Shown here: positions 49,414 through 60,384 of the stretch, piece after piece
Layout of the letters: each line of letters starts with the position of its first letter
Numbering within the stretch: position 1 is the first letter of the stretch
Assembly (NCBI GenBank): GCA_018971045.1
Contig: JAGWVF010000006.1
Span: 176-64,175, forward strand
DNA length: 64,000 nucleotides
Direction of reading: 5' to 3'
DNA from: Patescibacteria group bacterium
GTDB lineage: Bacteria; Patescibacteriota; Minisyncoccia; Phycocordibacterales; Phycocordibacteraceae
Translations under genes and position numbers: made by a program
The notes under the pieces: model-generated
Database searches by the model: none
What the model saw: only the letters and a program-made list of their open reading frames with translations
Told to the model about the DNA's origin: nothing

Positions 49414-51321
49414 ATGCCGCCGACCTCTGAGGACAATTTGAGTTCACTCGAACGCGCGAAGAAACGTCTCTACGATCCTGAAACGCCGTCCGTCGAGCGG
49501 TCGGCGCCTCCTTCGACGCAGACGGGCGTCATGCCGGGCGCGTGGGAAAAGGATCCGTTGAAAAATGTCATAGCGCAACTCGCCTCGTCCGGTGCGGAGC
49601 GCGGCAAACGCCAGGTGCGCGCGGCCAGCCTGTTTTTCATTGGCGCGTTTGCCTTCTTTCTCGTGTCCATTGGGATCGCCTTTTTCATTTCCTACGTCGG
49701 CGGGAATACGATCTCGATCGACAAGGTAACGGTCGCGGTGCAGGGACCGACTGCCATCGCCGGAGGCGACACGGTGCCGCTCTCGGTTACGGTGACGAAT
49801 ACGAATGCGGTGGCCATCCAAAACGCGACGATCGAGATCGATTTTCCGAACGGAACGCGAAGCGCCGATAACGTGCTCACGCCGTATCCGCGCTACATTG
49901 AGAATCTCGGGACGCTTGTGAGCGGAGCGAGCGTAAGCCGCTCGGTGAAGGCGGTTCTCTTCGGAGGAGCCGGCCAGGCGCTGTCGATACCGGTATCGGT
50001 TTCATATGCCGCGAGCGGATCGAGCCAAACCTTCGTGAAGAAATCGACCTATGTGACGGCGATATCGAGTTCGCCGCTCTCAGTCTCGGTTGATACTGTC
50101 GCCGAGGCCGTGCCCGGACAGCCTATCACCCTTACGCTTACCGTGCGCTCGAACGCGACAGTGCCGCTCTCGAACGTAGTTCTCAACGGCGCTTTCCCAT
50201 TCGGCTTCACGGTGCAGTCGTCGTCGTTGCCGCTTACCAACTCGAGCTTCCTGCTCGGGACGCTTGCGCCCGGCGCGACGCGAATAGTGTCCCTCACGGG
50301 AACGCTTACCGGCCAGACGGGCGATGAGCGCGTTTTCCATTTCACCATCGGCACCGCCGCTACGGCGCAGGATCAGGCGCTCGCGGTGGCGTATATGGCG
50401 CAAGACGCGCCGATAAGCATCGCCGCGCCGTTCATAAGCACGACCTTGACGCTGAACGGCGATGCGTCGCCGAACCCGATTATCGCGCCCGGGTCGATTC
50501 AAAGTCTGAAAGTGGCATATACGAACACCCTTCCGACCAATGTTGCGAACGCGACTATTACCGTCACGATTTCTGGAACGGCCATCGACTATTCAACGAT
50601 ACAAACCCAGAATGGATTCTATAATTCTACGAATCACGCGATCGTTTTCAGCAGAGACACCGATCCCTCGCTTGCATCGCTTGCGCCTGGCGCTTCCGGG
50701 TACGGAACAATCAGCTTCTCGACGCTGTCCGCGAGCGCGCTCCCCGCATCCCCGAGCATCACTCTCACGACTTCGGTATCCGGGACGCGCATCGGACAGT
50801 CCAACGTGCCGGAGCAGGTGACGGCATCGGTGACCAAGGTGGCCAAGGTGTCAACGTTCACAACGGTCTCCGCGGCATCTCTCCACTCATCAGGGCCGCT
50901 CGGCACGAGCGGCCCCATCCCGCCGCGCGTAGGCCAGATGACCACCTATACGGTTCAATGGAGCGTGCAAGCGCACAGCAGCGCCATCGCCGGCGGCACT
51001 ATGAGCACGATTCTGCCGAGTTACGTCGCCTACGTCGGTCCAACGTCGGGATCGGGAGATTTCTCGTATGATTCAAAATCGCGAACCGTAACCTGGAACA
51101 TCGGCGATCTCGCGCCAAGCACCTCGATGGCGGGAGCATTTCAAGTCTCGCTCGTACCCTCGACCTCTCAGAAGGGAATGGCGCCGCAGCTGACCGGCTC
51201 GGCCTCTTTCACCGGATACGATCGTTTTGCAGGAACTCAAATCACAGCTATCGCCGATCCGGTGACTACGGAGACGAAGAATGATCCGGGGTATATCTCG
51301 ACGAACGCAATTGTGCAATAA
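49414..51321 (+). CDS. Membrane-anchored Ig-like/beta-rich surface protein (conserved CPR hypothetical)
   Basis: Single TM followed by S/T-rich beta-sandwich repeats; GPIPP.VG..TTYT. Confidence 0.75.
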   Translation: MPPTSEDNLSSLERAKKRLYDPETPSVERSAPPSTQTGVMPGAWEKDPLKNVIAQLASSGAERGKRQVRAASLFFIGAFAFFLVSIGIAFFISYVGGNTISIDKVTVAVQGPTAIAGGDTVPLSVTVTNTNAVAIQNATIEIDFPNGTRSADNVLTPYPRYIENLGTLVSGASVSRSVKAVLFGGAGQALSIPVSVSYAASGSSQTFVKKSTYVTAISSSPLSVSVDTVAEAVPGQPITLTLTVRSNATVPLSNVVLNGAFPFGFTVQSSSLPLTNSSFLLGTLAPGATRIVSLTGTLTGQTGDERVFHFTIGTAATAQDQALAVAYMAQDAPISIAAPFISTTLTLNGDASPNPIIAPGSIQSLKVAYTNTLPTNVANATITVTISGTAIDYSTIQTQNGFYNSTNHAIVFSRDTDPSLASLAPGASGYGTISFSTLSASALPASPSITLTTSVSGTRIGQSNVPEQVTASVTKVAKVSTFTTVSAASLHSSGPLGTSGPIPPRVGQMTTYTVQWSVQAHSSAIAGGTMSTILPSYVAYVGPTSGSGDFSYDSKSRTVTWNIGDLAPSTSMAGAFQVSLVPSTSQKGMAPQLTGSASFTGYDRFAGTQITAIADPVTTETKNDPGYISTNAIVQ

Positions 51322-51330
51322 TCGAACCCT

Positions 51331-52722
51331 ATGGCTGACGCCGGTCTCATGGAAAAAATCGTCTCGCTTGCGAAGCGCCGCGGCTTCGTGTTCCCCGGCT
51401 CCGAGATTTACGGCGGCTTCGCGGGCGTCTACGATTGGGGCCCCTACGGCGTGTTCCTGCGCGAGAATGTCGTGCGGACATGGGAACGGTCGATGCAAGA
51501 ACATGACGATATCGCTTTCATCGACTCCGGAATATTCACCGCGCCGGAAGTGTGGGAGGCGAGCGGCCACGTATCGGGGTTTAACGATCCGCTCGTCGAG
51601 TGCCTCTCCTGTCACAGCAAGCTTCGCGCCGATCATCTGCTCGAATCCATCGGTATTAACGCCGACGAGAAGATGAGCGAAGCGGAGCTCAATGAACTCT
51701 TCGACGCCGCGCGCAAGGATATCGTCTGTCCCGTCTGCGGAAAGAAGCAGTTCGGCAACGTCGTTCAGAAAAATCTGATGGCGACCTCGACGCTCGGCCG
51801 CTTCAGTGAAGAGGATAAAGAAGTTTACTTGCGCGCCGAAACCGCCCAGGGCATCTACATCAACTACAAGAACGTCCTTCAAACGGGATTTTATAAGATC
51901 CCGTTCGGCATCGCTCAGGTGGGAAAAGTCTTTCGCAACGAGATCAGCCCCCGCCAATTCCTCTTCAGGAAGCGCGAGTTCGAACAAATGGAGATGCAGT
52001 ACTTCGTGCGTCCGAGCGAGGCTCCGGCGATCTACGAGTCGTGGCGCGCGGAGCGCATGGCGTATTACGATCGTCTCGGCATACGTCCAGATCATTTACG
52101 ATGGAAACGGCACGACAACCTCGTGTTCTACGCCAAAGACGCTTGGGATATTCAGTACGAATATCCGTTTGGATGGGGCGAGCTCGAAGGTCTCCACTAT
52201 CGCGGCGATTACGATCTTTCACAGCATCAGAAATTCTCTGGAGTCGATATGTCGTATCGCGACGAGAAAGTCGGCGGCTCTTTCATTCCCCATGTGATTG
52301 AGGCGTCGGTGGGCGTTGACCGGACAGTGCTTATGGTCCTCGCCGAGGCGTATGCCGAAGACGAGATGAACGGAGAGACGCGCGTCGTGATGCGTTTCCA
52401 CCCGCGCATTGCGCCTCTCAAGGCCGCCGTCTTTCCGCTCCTTAAAAATAAGCCGGAGCTCGTCGCGAAAGCGCGCGAGGTGTACGATGATCTGAAGAAA
52501 GCCGTTCCGTACGTGATCTGGGACGACAATGGAAACATCGGCAAGCGGTATCGCCGCCAAGACGAAATCGGTACGCCGTTTTGTATCACCATTGATTTCG
52601 ACACGCTCGGCGAATCGCCCGAGAAGAAAGATACCGTCACCCTTCGCCGCCGCGACTCAGGCGAGCAGGACCGCCTTTCGATCAAAGACGCGATTGAAAC
52701 AATCAAAAAAGCGATCGCCTAG
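51331..52722 (+). CDS. glyQS: Glycine--tRNA ligase (alpha2 type)
   Basis: KRRGF.F..SEIYGG, YLRAETAQG, FRNEISPR..LFR.REFEQME, IGKRYRRQDEIGTP. Confidence 0.95.
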   Translation: MADAGLMEKIVSLAKRRGFVFPGSEIYGGFAGVYDWGPYGVFLRENVVRTWERSMQEHDDIAFIDSGIFTAPEVWEASGHVSGFNDPLVECLSCHSKLRADHLLESIGINADEKMSEAELNELFDAARKDIVCPVCGKKQFGNVVQKNLMATSTLGRFSEEDKEVYLRAETAQGIYINYKNVLQTGFYKIPFGIAQVGKVFRNEISPRQFLFRKREFEQMEMQYFVRPSEAPAIYESWRAERMAYYDRLGIRPDHLRWKRHDNLVFYAKDAWDIQYEYPFGWGELEGLHYRGDYDLSQHQKFSGVDMSYRDEKVGGSFIPHVIEASVGVDRTVLMVLAEAYAEDEMNGETRVVMRFHPRIAPLKAAVFPLLKNKPELVAKAREVYDDLKKAVPYVIWDDNGNIGKRYRRQDEIGTPFCITIDFDTLGESPEKKDTVTLRRRDSGEQDRLSIKDAIETIKKAIA

Positions 52723-52753
52723 CCGCTTGACGCGAGTGTGCTAGAATGTCCGT

Positions 52754-53818
52754 ATGGGTAAGGATATTCGCATTTCGATTACCGCGAGCTCGGTGGTGAC
52801 CGTGCTTTTCGTTGTCGTCGGCGCGTACCTCTTCTGGATCTTGCGCGACCTCGCGCTCCTCGTCCTCACGGCGATCATCATTGCCTCGGCGATCGAGCCG
52901 TGGGTGGCTTTTTTCATCCGACGCGGCCTCCCGCGCTTCGTGAGCGCGCTTCTGGTCTATGTCATCGTCTTCGGCGCGTTCTTCGGGCTCCTGTACTATT
53001 TCTTCCCGCCGATTGTCGCCGATGCCGCCAATTTCATCGCCGCGATGCCGAAGTATCTCGACACGCTCAACCTCTCTGCGTCGTTTCCCGTACTCGCCAA
53101 TCCGGCTGGCGCGCTCGGTTTTTCGCAGGGAAACGGTTCATTCCTCCAGACACTCCTTTCACTCCAGGCTGTCTTTTCCGCGTCCTCGGGCGGCGTCATT
53201 CAGATTCTCGTTACCTTTTTCGGCGGCATCGTCTCTCTATTGCTCATCATCGTGCTCTCTTTTTATTTTGCGCTTCAGGATACGGGGGTCGATGATTTCC
53301 TTCGTCTCGTGATGCCCGTCGCGCATGAAGAGTATTCAGTCGATCTCTGGAAGCGATCGCAGAAGAAGATCGGCCTTTGGATGCAGGGGCAGATCCTGCT
53401 CTCGGTCATCGTCGCTATTCTCGTTTATCTCGGACTGTTGATTATCGGAGTGCCTTATGCGCTTCTTCTCGCCGTCTTCACGGCGATCGCCGAGATCATT
53501 CCGGTATTCGGCTCGCTCATCGCGGGCACCGTCGCAGTGATTGTCGCTTACGGGACGGGCGGCGTGCCGCTCGGACTCATCGTCGCGGGGCTTTATGTGG
53601 TGGTGAATCAATTTGAATCAAATCTCATCTACCCGCTGATCGTGAAGAAGATCGTCGGGATCCCGCCTCTCTTGGTTATCGTCGCGCTTATCGCGGGGTA
53701 TACGCTCGCGGGCCCCTTGGGCGTGGTGCTTTCCGTACCTGTCGCGGCCGTGATGCTTGAATTCATTACCGACTTTGACAAACGTAAGCGACGCGAACAT
53801 ACGCGTCTGCACGCGTAA
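52754..53818 (+). CDS. AI-2E family transporter
   Basis: Multi-TM; GQ, IPVFG, QFESNLIYP, G.LG..L.VP. Confidence 0.88.
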   Translation: MGKDIRISITASSVVTVLFVVVGAYLFWILRDLALLVLTAIIIASAIEPWVAFFIRRGLPRFVSALLVYVIVFGAFFGLLYYFFPPIVADAANFIAAMPKYLDTLNLSASFPVLANPAGALGFSQGNGSFLQTLLSLQAVFSASSGGVIQILVTFFGGIVSLLLIIVLSFYFALQDTGVDDFLRLVMPVAHEEYSVDLWKRSQKKIGLWMQGQILLSVIVAILVYLGLLIIGVPYALLLAVFTAIAEIIPVFGSLIAGTVAVIVAYGTGGVPLGLIVAGLYVVVNQFESNLIYPLIVKKIVGIPPLLVIVALIAGYTLAGPLGVVLSVPVAAVMLEFITDFDKRKRREHTRLHA

Positions 53819-53824
53819 GCCTCC

Positions 53825-55258
53825 ATGCGCGTGCGCTACCTTACCACCACGCTGCCGTATGTAAATGCTGATCCGCATATCGGCAATGCCCTTGAATTCG
53901 TTCAGGCCGACGCGTACGCGCGCATACTGCGGCTACGCAATGAGGACGTGTTCTTCAATTGCGGCACTGACGAACACGGCCAGAAAATCTTGCAAGCCGC
54001 GGAGAGGGCGGGGCAGGACGTGCGCACGTACGTAGATCATTATGCAGAGGAGTTTCGGAAGCTCCACGCCGCGCTTGATCTCTCGAACGATGCCTTCATC
54101 CGCACCGAAAGCGAGAAGCACTATGCCGCCGCCGAGGAGATGTGGCGCCGCTGCGCCGCCGCGGGCGATATCTATAAGAAGTCGTATACCGGCATCTACT
54201 GCGTCGGCTGCGAGGCCTATAAAACCGAGAAAGATCTCGTCGATGGGGCGTGTCCGATCCATCCTTCCCTCGTGCTTGAAACTATCTCGGAAGAGAATTA
54301 TTTTTTCCGTTTTTCAAACTATCAGGAGAAATTGCTTGCGTATCTTGAGCGGCCGGGCGTGATTGTTCCCGAGTGGAGGCGCGACGAGGCGATCGCTTTC
54401 GTGAAGGGCGGGCTTGAAGACTTCAGCATTTCGCGCGAGAAGAAGCGGCTTTCATGGGGAGTGCCGGTGCCAGGCGATGAAGATCACGTGATGTACGTGT
54501 GGTTCGACGCGCTCACGAGCTATATCTCGACCCTGGGCTGGCCGGCCGATGCGGAAGGGAAATTTCAGAAATACTGGGAAGAGGGGACGACGCTCCAGAT
54601 GGCGGGGAAGGATCAAGTGCGCTTCCAATCGTTAATGTGGCAGGCGATGCTCATGAGCGCCGGCATGAAGAACACGGATCAGATTTTCTATCACGGTTTC
54701 ATTAATTCGGGCGGACAGCGGATGAGCAAATCGCTCGGGAACGTGATCAACCCCCACGAGCTCGTGAAGAAGTATGGAACTGACGCGACGCGGTATATGC
54801 TTCTCCGCCATGTCCATCCGGTCGAGGATTCCGACATCACCTGGGAGCGTCTCGACGAGTGGTATACGGCGAACCTCGCGAACGGTCTCGGCAATCTCGT
54901 CGCGCGCGTGATGAAGCTCGCGGAGACCTATCTGACGGACTCCGTCGCTCCTGTCGATACCGCGCTCCCGCCGCCGCTCGAGCATGAGAAAACCGTGAAC
55001 GCGTTTCGATTTAATGAAGCGATGGATATGATCTGGGCACGCATTCAAAAGGCGGATGAACGAATGGCCGCCGAGAAACCGTTTGCCGTGGTGAAAGAGG
55101 ACAGCGAGCGCGGCCGCGCGGTTATCAGAGCGCTCGTCGAAGAGGTGGCGCTCATCGCGCGCCTTCTCGCGCCGTATATGCCGCAGACGAGCGAACGGAT
55201 CCAGCGGGCCGTGCGAGAGAACCGCAAACCGGAGAACCTCTTCCCACGCCTCGCTTAG
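53825..55258 (+). CDS. metG: Methionine--tRNA ligase (short, no C-terminal tRNA-binding domain)
   Basis: YVNADPHIG, GTDEHGQK, YVWFDAL, RMSKSLGN. Confidence 0.95.
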   Translation: MRVRYLTTTLPYVNADPHIGNALEFVQADAYARILRLRNEDVFFNCGTDEHGQKILQAAERAGQDVRTYVDHYAEEFRKLHAALDLSNDAFIRTESEKHYAAAEEMWRRCAAAGDIYKKSYTGIYCVGCEAYKTEKDLVDGACPIHPSLVLETISEENYFFRFSNYQEKLLAYLERPGVIVPEWRRDEAIAFVKGGLEDFSISREKKRLSWGVPVPGDEDHVMYVWFDALTSYISTLGWPADAEGKFQKYWEEGTTLQMAGKDQVRFQSLMWQAMLMSAGMKNTDQIFYHGFINSGGQRMSKSLGNVINPHELVKKYGTDATRYMLLRHVHPVEDSDITWERLDEWYTANLANGLGNLVARVMKLAETYLTDSVAPVDTALPPPLEHEKTVNAFRFNEAMDMIWARIQKADERMAAEKPFAVVKEDSERGRAVIRALVEEVALIARLLAPYMPQTSERIQRAVRENRKPENLFPRLA

Positions 55259-55261
55259 CGT

Positions 55262-56059
55262 ATGGAGGTTCGCTATATTGACGCGCATTGCCACGTTCAA
55301 TTTGACCACTACGCGCAGGATGGCCAGGAGATCATCGACCGCATGCGGCGCGAGGGAGTCGCGGGTATCGCGGTCGGGTGCGATCTCCCATCGTCGCGCG
55401 AGGCGGCGGCGCTCGCTCGATCGAACGCGAATCTGTACGCGTCGATCGGACTGCACCCGAATCGCGACGCGCACGAGCCGTTTGATGAACAGGCCTTTCG
55501 AGCGCTCGCGGCAGAGCCGAAGGTCGTGGCGATCGGAGAGTGCGGACTGGATTATTTCAGGCCGACGGAGATAAACGATGAGATAAAGAAGGAACAAAAA
55601 GATCTGTTCAAACAGCACATCACGCTCGCCGCAGAAATCGATGCGCCCCTCATTGTCCACGCGCGTCCGAGCAAGGGCGCGATGGACGCGTACGCCGACG
55701 CGATAGGCATCCTCGCTGAAGCGAAGACGCGGCATCCGCATCTGCGCGGCGACATCCATTTCTTCGTAGGAGGCGCTCTGGAAGCCGAGGCGTTTATCGC
55801 GCTCGGCTTCACGATCTCCTTTACGGCGGTCATTACCTTCGCCCGTGATTACGACGAGGTCATCCGTTCCGTGCCGCTCTCTTCCATCCTCGCCGAGACT
55901 GACGCGCCGTACGTCGCTCCCGCGAGCCGCCGCGGGACTCGGAACGACCCGCTCGCGGTCGTGGATGTCGTGAATACAATCGCGGAAATCAGAAATGAGG
56001 ATCCTGAACGAGTCCGCTCGGCTATTCTCGCGAATACCCGCAATCTATTCGCGCTTTAG
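55262..56059 (+). CDS. tatD: TatD family DNase
   Basis: DAHCH, GLHP, IGECGLDY, ETDAPY. Confidence 0.92.
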   Translation: MEVRYIDAHCHVQFDHYAQDGQEIIDRMRREGVAGIAVGCDLPSSREAAALARSNANLYASIGLHPNRDAHEPFDEQAFRALAAEPKVVAIGECGLDYFRPTEINDEIKKEQKDLFKQHITLAAEIDAPLIVHARPSKGAMDAYADAIGILAEAKTRHPHLRGDIHFFVGGALEAEAFIALGFTISFTAVITFARDYDEVIRSVPLSSILAETDAPYVAPASRRGTRNDPLAVVDVVNTIAEIRNEDPERVRSAILANTRNLFAL

Positions 56060-56150
56060 CGCGGCACCGTCCGTGCGCCGTTTCCGGCTTTAGAGCCGCA
56101 TGTCCGGCCGCCTTGCGAGGGAGGTTTTGTCGTGATAGGATGCCCCTCAT

Positions 56151-56633
56151 ATGGCTAAGAAGGAGGAGACTCTCGAGAGCGGGAATGAGGCAATCGGCGG
56201 CGAACCGCGCGTCTATGAGCTCGGCTTCCACCTTGATCCGGAGCTTCCGGCTGAAGAGGTGAAGAAGAGCTATCAGACCGTGCGCGATCTCATCATGGGC
56301 GCCTCGACGATTGTCGCCGAAGGCGAGCCCGAGAAGATTCAGCTTGCCTATACGATCTCGCGGCAGGACGTGGCCGGCCGCCGCGATTTTAATTCCGCGT
56401 ATTTCTGCTGGATCGCCTATGAGACGACGCCCGAAAATCACGGCGAGATCATCGCCGCCGCGAGCGAGAATCAACGCATCATCCGCTTCATCGACGTGCT
56501 TACCACCAAGGAGGCGGCGCGCCACGCGGTTGAGATGCGTGATATCGCAGAGACGATCGCCAAACCGGACGAGGACGCCGATACGGGATCCGGCGCGGAG
56601 CTCGACGCAGTCCTCGAGAACATCGTTGTCTAA
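56151..56633 (+). CDS. rpsF: 30S ribosomal protein S6
   Basis: VYELGF, LAYTI, AYF, IIRF; upstream of ssb-rpsR. Confidence 0.88.
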   Translation: MAKKEETLESGNEAIGGEPRVYELGFHLDPELPAEEVKKSYQTVRDLIMGASTIVAEGEPEKIQLAYTISRQDVAGRRDFNSAYFCWIAYETTPENHGEIIAAASENQRIIRFIDVLTTKEAARHAVEMRDIAETIAKPDEDADTGSGAELDAVLENIVV

Positions 56634-56634
56634 C

Positions 56635-57078
56635 ATGTACCTCAACAAAGTATTCCTCTACGGCAATCTCACTCGCGATCCCGAGCTGAAGGCGTTGCCG
56701 TCCGGTTCAAATGTCGTGTCGTTCGGCCTCGCCACCAATCGAACCTATAAGGACAAGAACGGCGCGAAGCAGGAAGCGACCGAGTTCCACAATATCGTCG
56801 CCTTCGGCCGGACGGCCGACGTGATCGCGCAGTACTGCAAGAAGGGCCGCCCGATCTTTATCGAGGGCCGCCTTCAGACGCGCTCCTGGGATGACAAGGA
56901 GACGGGGAAGAAGAATTACCGCACCGAGATCGTCGCGGATACGTTCCAGTTCGGCGCAGACGGCGGGAAGGGCGCCTCGACTGCGGGCGGCGCCCACGAA
57001 GATCAGCCGGCTCCGAGCGAGGGCGAGGCGATCAAGTATCCGGACGAGGAGATCAATCCGGAAGACATTCCTTTTTAA
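56635..57078 (+). CDS. ssb: Single-stranded DNA-binding protein
   Basis: LNKVFLYGNLTRDPE, IEGRLQTRSW, C-terminal EDIPF. Confidence 0.96.
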   Translation: MYLNKVFLYGNLTRDPELKALPSGSNVVSFGLATNRTYKDKNGAKQEATEFHNIVAFGRTADVIAQYCKKGRPIFIEGRLQTRSWDDKETGKKNYRTEIVADTFQFGADGGKGASTAGGAHEDQPAPSEGEAIKYPDEEINPEDIPF

Positions 57079-57104
57079 ACTTTTACACAGTTAAACATTT
57101 CACC

Positions 57105-57311
57105 ATGGCGTATCAAGCGGAGCGTGAAGAGATTGAGATCAAGAAGTTCATCGACTACAAGGACGTCGGGTATCTGCGGCAGTTCACCAACCCGCACGCC
57201 AAGATGCTCTCGAAGAAGCGGACCAATATGCCTGCAGGGAAGCAGCGCGATATCGCCCAATCGATTAAGCGCGCCCGCTACATGGCGCTCCTCCCGTACG
57301 TCGCGGCATAA
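57105..57311 (+). CDS. rpsR: 30S ribosomal protein S18
   Basis: IDYKD...L..F, QR.IA..IKRAR.MALLPY. Confidence 0.95.
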   Translation: MAYQAEREEIEIKKFIDYKDVGYLRQFTNPHAKMLSKKRTNMPAGKQRDIAQSIKRARYMALLPYVAA

Positions 57312-57339
57312 ACCGCATAGCGGTACCGCGTGCGAAAGC

Positions 57340-57367
57340 GAAAAACCACCCCAGCGGGTGGTTTTTC
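57340..57367. terminator. Bidirectional terminator between rpsR and efp
   Basis: GAAAAACCACCC-CAGC-GGGTGGTTTTTC. Confidence 0.8.
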
Positions 57368-57393
57368 TAAGTTCCAGCATCCGTTTTTGGCAT

Positions 57394-57969
57394 CTACGCT
57401 TTCTCGACGCGCTCCGTGTACTCGCCGGAGTCGGTATTGATGCGAATCACGTCGCCCGGATTAATGAAGAGCGGAACATTCACCTTCGCTCCCGTCACGA
57501 GCTCGGCGAGCTTGGTGCCGCCGGAGACGGTATTGCCCTTCACCGCCGGAGGCGCGTCCTTCACTTCGAGCTCGACTTTAATGGGAATCTTGATCGTCAT
57601 CGGCTTCTCTTCGTAGGTCAGCACTTCGACGACCGTGTTCTGCGTGAGCCACTGCACTTGATCGCGGACATTCTCAAAGGGGAAGGAGAAACGGTTCTTC
57701 GGATTTCCTTCTTCGGAAAACCAGCTCTCTTTACCGTTCGAATAAAGGTAGACTGCACTCATGCGATCCGTATCGGCCTCATCGGCCGTTTCATTCGCAT
57801 GAAAGGAGATCTCGAGCACCTGTCCGGTCACCATATTGCGCAGTTTGGTTTGGTTTACCGGCTTACGCTTCTGCATACGGAATATGTGCGCGGAGAGCAC
57901 TTCATACGGAGCGCCGCTGTAGTCGATTATTTTCTTCGGAAGAATTTCATTATAGGCGAGTACGGACAT
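57394..57969 (-). CDS. efp: Elongation factor P
   Basis: KLRNMVTG, P.VKGNT.SGG.K.A.L.TG, VPLFI..GD.I.INT..GEY. Confidence 0.93.
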   Translation of the reverse strand: MSVLAYNEILPKKIIDYSGAPYEVLSAHIFRMQKRKPVNQTKLRNMVTGQVLEISFHANETADEADTDRMSAVYLYSNGKESWFSEEGNPKNRFSFPFENVRDQVQWLTQNTVVEVLTYEEKPMTIKIPIKVELEVKDAPPAVKGNTVSGGTKLAELVTGAKVNVPLFINPGDVIRINTDSGEYTERVEKA

Positions 57970-58077
57970 GGATTTGAAACTATGGACGGATAATGGTCGT
58001 TATAAAAAGTAACCGCCCACGCTCTCTTTTTGGCGAGGCGGCACGGAACGGACAACTGTTGTATGCTAGCAGACATT

Positions 58078-58656
58078 ATGAGTTTTTCAAGCCTGAATCT
58101 CGCCAATCTCTCCGATGCCGAGGCGCTCGCGCGCTCGCGCCGCGAGCCCGAGCTCTTCGCGATTCTCGTACGCCGCTATGAGGCGGCGCTCCTGCGCCGT
58201 GCGCGCGCTATCCTCAAGAGCCCCGAGGACGCCGAAGAGGCGGTTCAAGACGCATTTACCAAGATGTATCTCTACGCCGACACCTATCATCCGCAGGAGG
58301 GAGCGAGCTTCGCTTCATGGGCGTACACGATCCTCAATCGCGTCGCGTACACGAGGTATCGTTCTCAGACGGGCGAGCGCGGACGACGCGCCGAGCTTGA
58401 TCCCGAACATTACGAATCGCTCCCGGACGCGCGCGCCGAATTCATCGAAGATCTCTCGATTCGCAATGAAGTGGTCGCCGCGCTCGCGAAATTGCCTGAA
58501 GCCGCGGCGAGGATTCTCCGGCTCCAGTTTATCGAAGGGAAGACGCAAGAGGAGATAGCGCAGTCGGAAGATCTCTCGATACCGGCCGTGAAGACGCGGG
58601 TGCATCGGGCGAAGAAACAGTTTAAAGAAGTGTATGATTCACAAAAGTATGATTGA
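58078..58656 (+). CDS. ECF sigma-70 family sigma factor
   Basis: DAEEAVQDAF, F.SW.Y.I..., EEIA....S..AVKTRVHRA. Confidence 0.9.
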   Translation: MSFSSLNLANLSDAEALARSRREPELFAILVRRYEAALLRRARAILKSPEDAEEAVQDAFTKMYLYADTYHPQEGASFASWAYTILNRVAYTRYRSQTGERGRRAELDPEHYESLPDARAEFIEDLSIRNEVVAALAKLPEAAARILRLQFIEGKTQEEIAQSEDLSIPAVKTRVHRAKKQFKEVYDSQKYD

Positions 58657-59002
58657 AAATACCGAGCACCGCGAACGCAATGATTCCATTTCAAACATCG
58701 AACAGGTCGTGATGCGCCGCGTGCGCTTGATCCGTATCCTGCTCCTCATTGTCTCGACAGCGACGTTCGCGGTACTCACTGGTGTTGCCACTCTGTGGGA
58801 GATCGGGAGGGAGGTCTGGGTCGCGCGCGTTTTCGAGAACATGCCGCGCCACGGCCTCTTCGCTGAATTTCAGTTCTGGATCGCCGCTTTCCTCCATACC
58901 CGCCTCTCGGTCGAAATCCTCGTCGTCCTCACCCTCACCTCGCTCGTCTTCCTCATCCGCGAGCTCGTGCGCCTCGCGCTCTCCTACGCGCGAGGCGGCT
59001 AA
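58649..59002 (+). CDS. Two-TM membrane protein coupled to ECF sigma (putative anti-sigma)
   Basis: Overlaps the sigma stop; VMRRV followed by two TM helices. Confidence 0.65.
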   Translation: MIENTEHRERNDSISNIEQVVMRRVRLIRILLLIVSTATFAVLTGVATLWEIGREVWVARVFENMPRHGLFAEFQFWIAAFLHTRLSVEILVVLTLTSLVFLIRELVRLALSYARGG

Positions 59003-60048
59003 CCTTCAGCGAGCTTTTCCTTGATCCGCTTTAAGAGCTCTTTGGCGACGTCTTTATTCTCGCGGAGGGTCGTGCGCGAGGCGTCGTAGCCGCGGCCGAG
59101 CGAGGTCTCGCCGAAGGCGTAGCTCGAGCCAGACTTCTTCACGAGATCGTACTTCTCGCCGAGCGCGAGGAGCTCGCCCTCGCGGCTGATCCCCTCGTTG
59201 TAGAGAAGGTCAAACTCGGTCGTTTTAAAGGGAGCGGCGACTTTGTTCTTCACCACCTTCACTCGCACGCGGCCGCCGACCACCTCTTCGCCTTTTTTAA
59301 TTGACGCGATGCGGCGGATATCGAGGCGCACTGAGGTATAGAACTTCAAGGCCTTACCGCCCGGAGTCGTTTCGGGATTGCCGAACATCACCCCGATCTG
59401 CATGCGGATCTGATTAATAAATATGACAATCGTCTTGGAGCGCGCGGCGATCGCGGTAAGCTTCCGGAGCGCCTGGCTCATGAGCCGCGCCTGCTTGCCC
59501 ATATGCTGTTGTCCCATCTCGCCCTCGATCTCGTCTTTTGGCGTAAGCGCCGCGACCGAGTCGACGACGATCACGTCGACGTTTCCGCTTCTGACGAGGC
59601 TCTCGACGATATCGAGCGCCTGTTCGCCGGTGTCCGGCTGGGAAATAAGCAGTTCTTGGAGCTTCACGCCGATGCGCCGCGCGTACTCCGGGTCGAGCGC
59701 GTGTTCCGCGTCGACAAAAGCCGCGATGCCGCCGCCCTTTTGCGCCTCGGCGATCACGTGGAGCGCGAGCGTCGTCTTACCGGACGATTCGGGGCCGAAG
59801 ATTTCGATGATGCGCCCGCGCGGGAGGCCGCCGATCCCGAGCGCCGCGTCAAGACCGATGGATCCGGTCGAGATAGCCGGAATCTTTTGCGGCGTTCCGG
59901 CGCCGTAGGTCGAGATGGCTTCGTCGCCAAACTTGGTGCGGATCTCTTTGAGCGCGAGATCGATCGATTTCTGGCGCTCGCTCTTATCGGCGCTTGGCGC
60001 GGCAATCGTTTTCTCCACTTTTTCTTTTTTTGATTTTTTGAGCGGCAT
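58999..60048 (-). CDS. recA: Recombinase A
   Basis: [43 protein letters not shown]. Confidence 0.98.
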   Translation of the reverse strand: MPLKKSKKEKVEKTIAAPSADKSERQKSIDLALKEIRTKFGDEAISTYGAGTPQKIPAISTGSIGLDAALGIGGLPRGRIIEIFGPESSGKTTLALHVIAEAQKGGGIAAFVDAEHALDPEYARRIGVKLQELLISQPDTGEQALDIVESLVRSGNVDVIVVDSVAALTPKDEIEGEMGQQHMGKQARLMSQALRKLTAIAARSKTIVIFINQIRMQIGVMFGNPETTPGGKALKFYTSVRLDIRRIASIKKGEEVVGGRVRVKVVKNKVAAPFKTTEFDLLYNEGISREGELLALGEKYDLVKKSGSSYAFGETSLGRGYDASRTTLRENKDVAKELLKRIKEKLAEG

Positions 60049-60057
60049 AGCGTGAGA

Positions 60058-60378
60058 TTAGGGTACGAAGATAGTGCGGGTTGTCGTGATCGTCCTGCCA
60101 AAGCGATCAATCGCCCTGAGGGTAAGTATAGACCCTCCTTTCGGGAAGGTCAGCGTTGACAGGAAAGCGCCGTTCTGGTCGTGTAGCAGAGGAGTCCCGT
60201 TGAGAGTGAGTTCCGCCGCGCGTCTTATCGTGCCGCGAATGTCGACGATACCGCCCGGGGCAAGGGCATTATTAAGAGGCGAAGCGACAGCGAGCGCCGG
60301 TCCGGCGATAAGCGGCCATGCTTCGATCGCGCCGTACACGGCGCCGATAAGGAGGACGAGGCCAATCAGCTGTTTCAT
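60058..60378 (-). CDS. Small exported Ig-like protein
   Basis: Signal/TM, GP.L...SP, LTLNG, A.DRFG. Confidence 0.7.
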   Translation of the reverse strand: MKQLIGLVLLIGAVYGAIEAWPLIAGPALAVASPLNNALAPGGIVDIRGTIRRAAELTLNGTPLLHDQNGAFLSTLTFPKGGSILTLRAIDRFGRTITTTRTIFVP

Positions 60379-60384
60379 CGCCCT

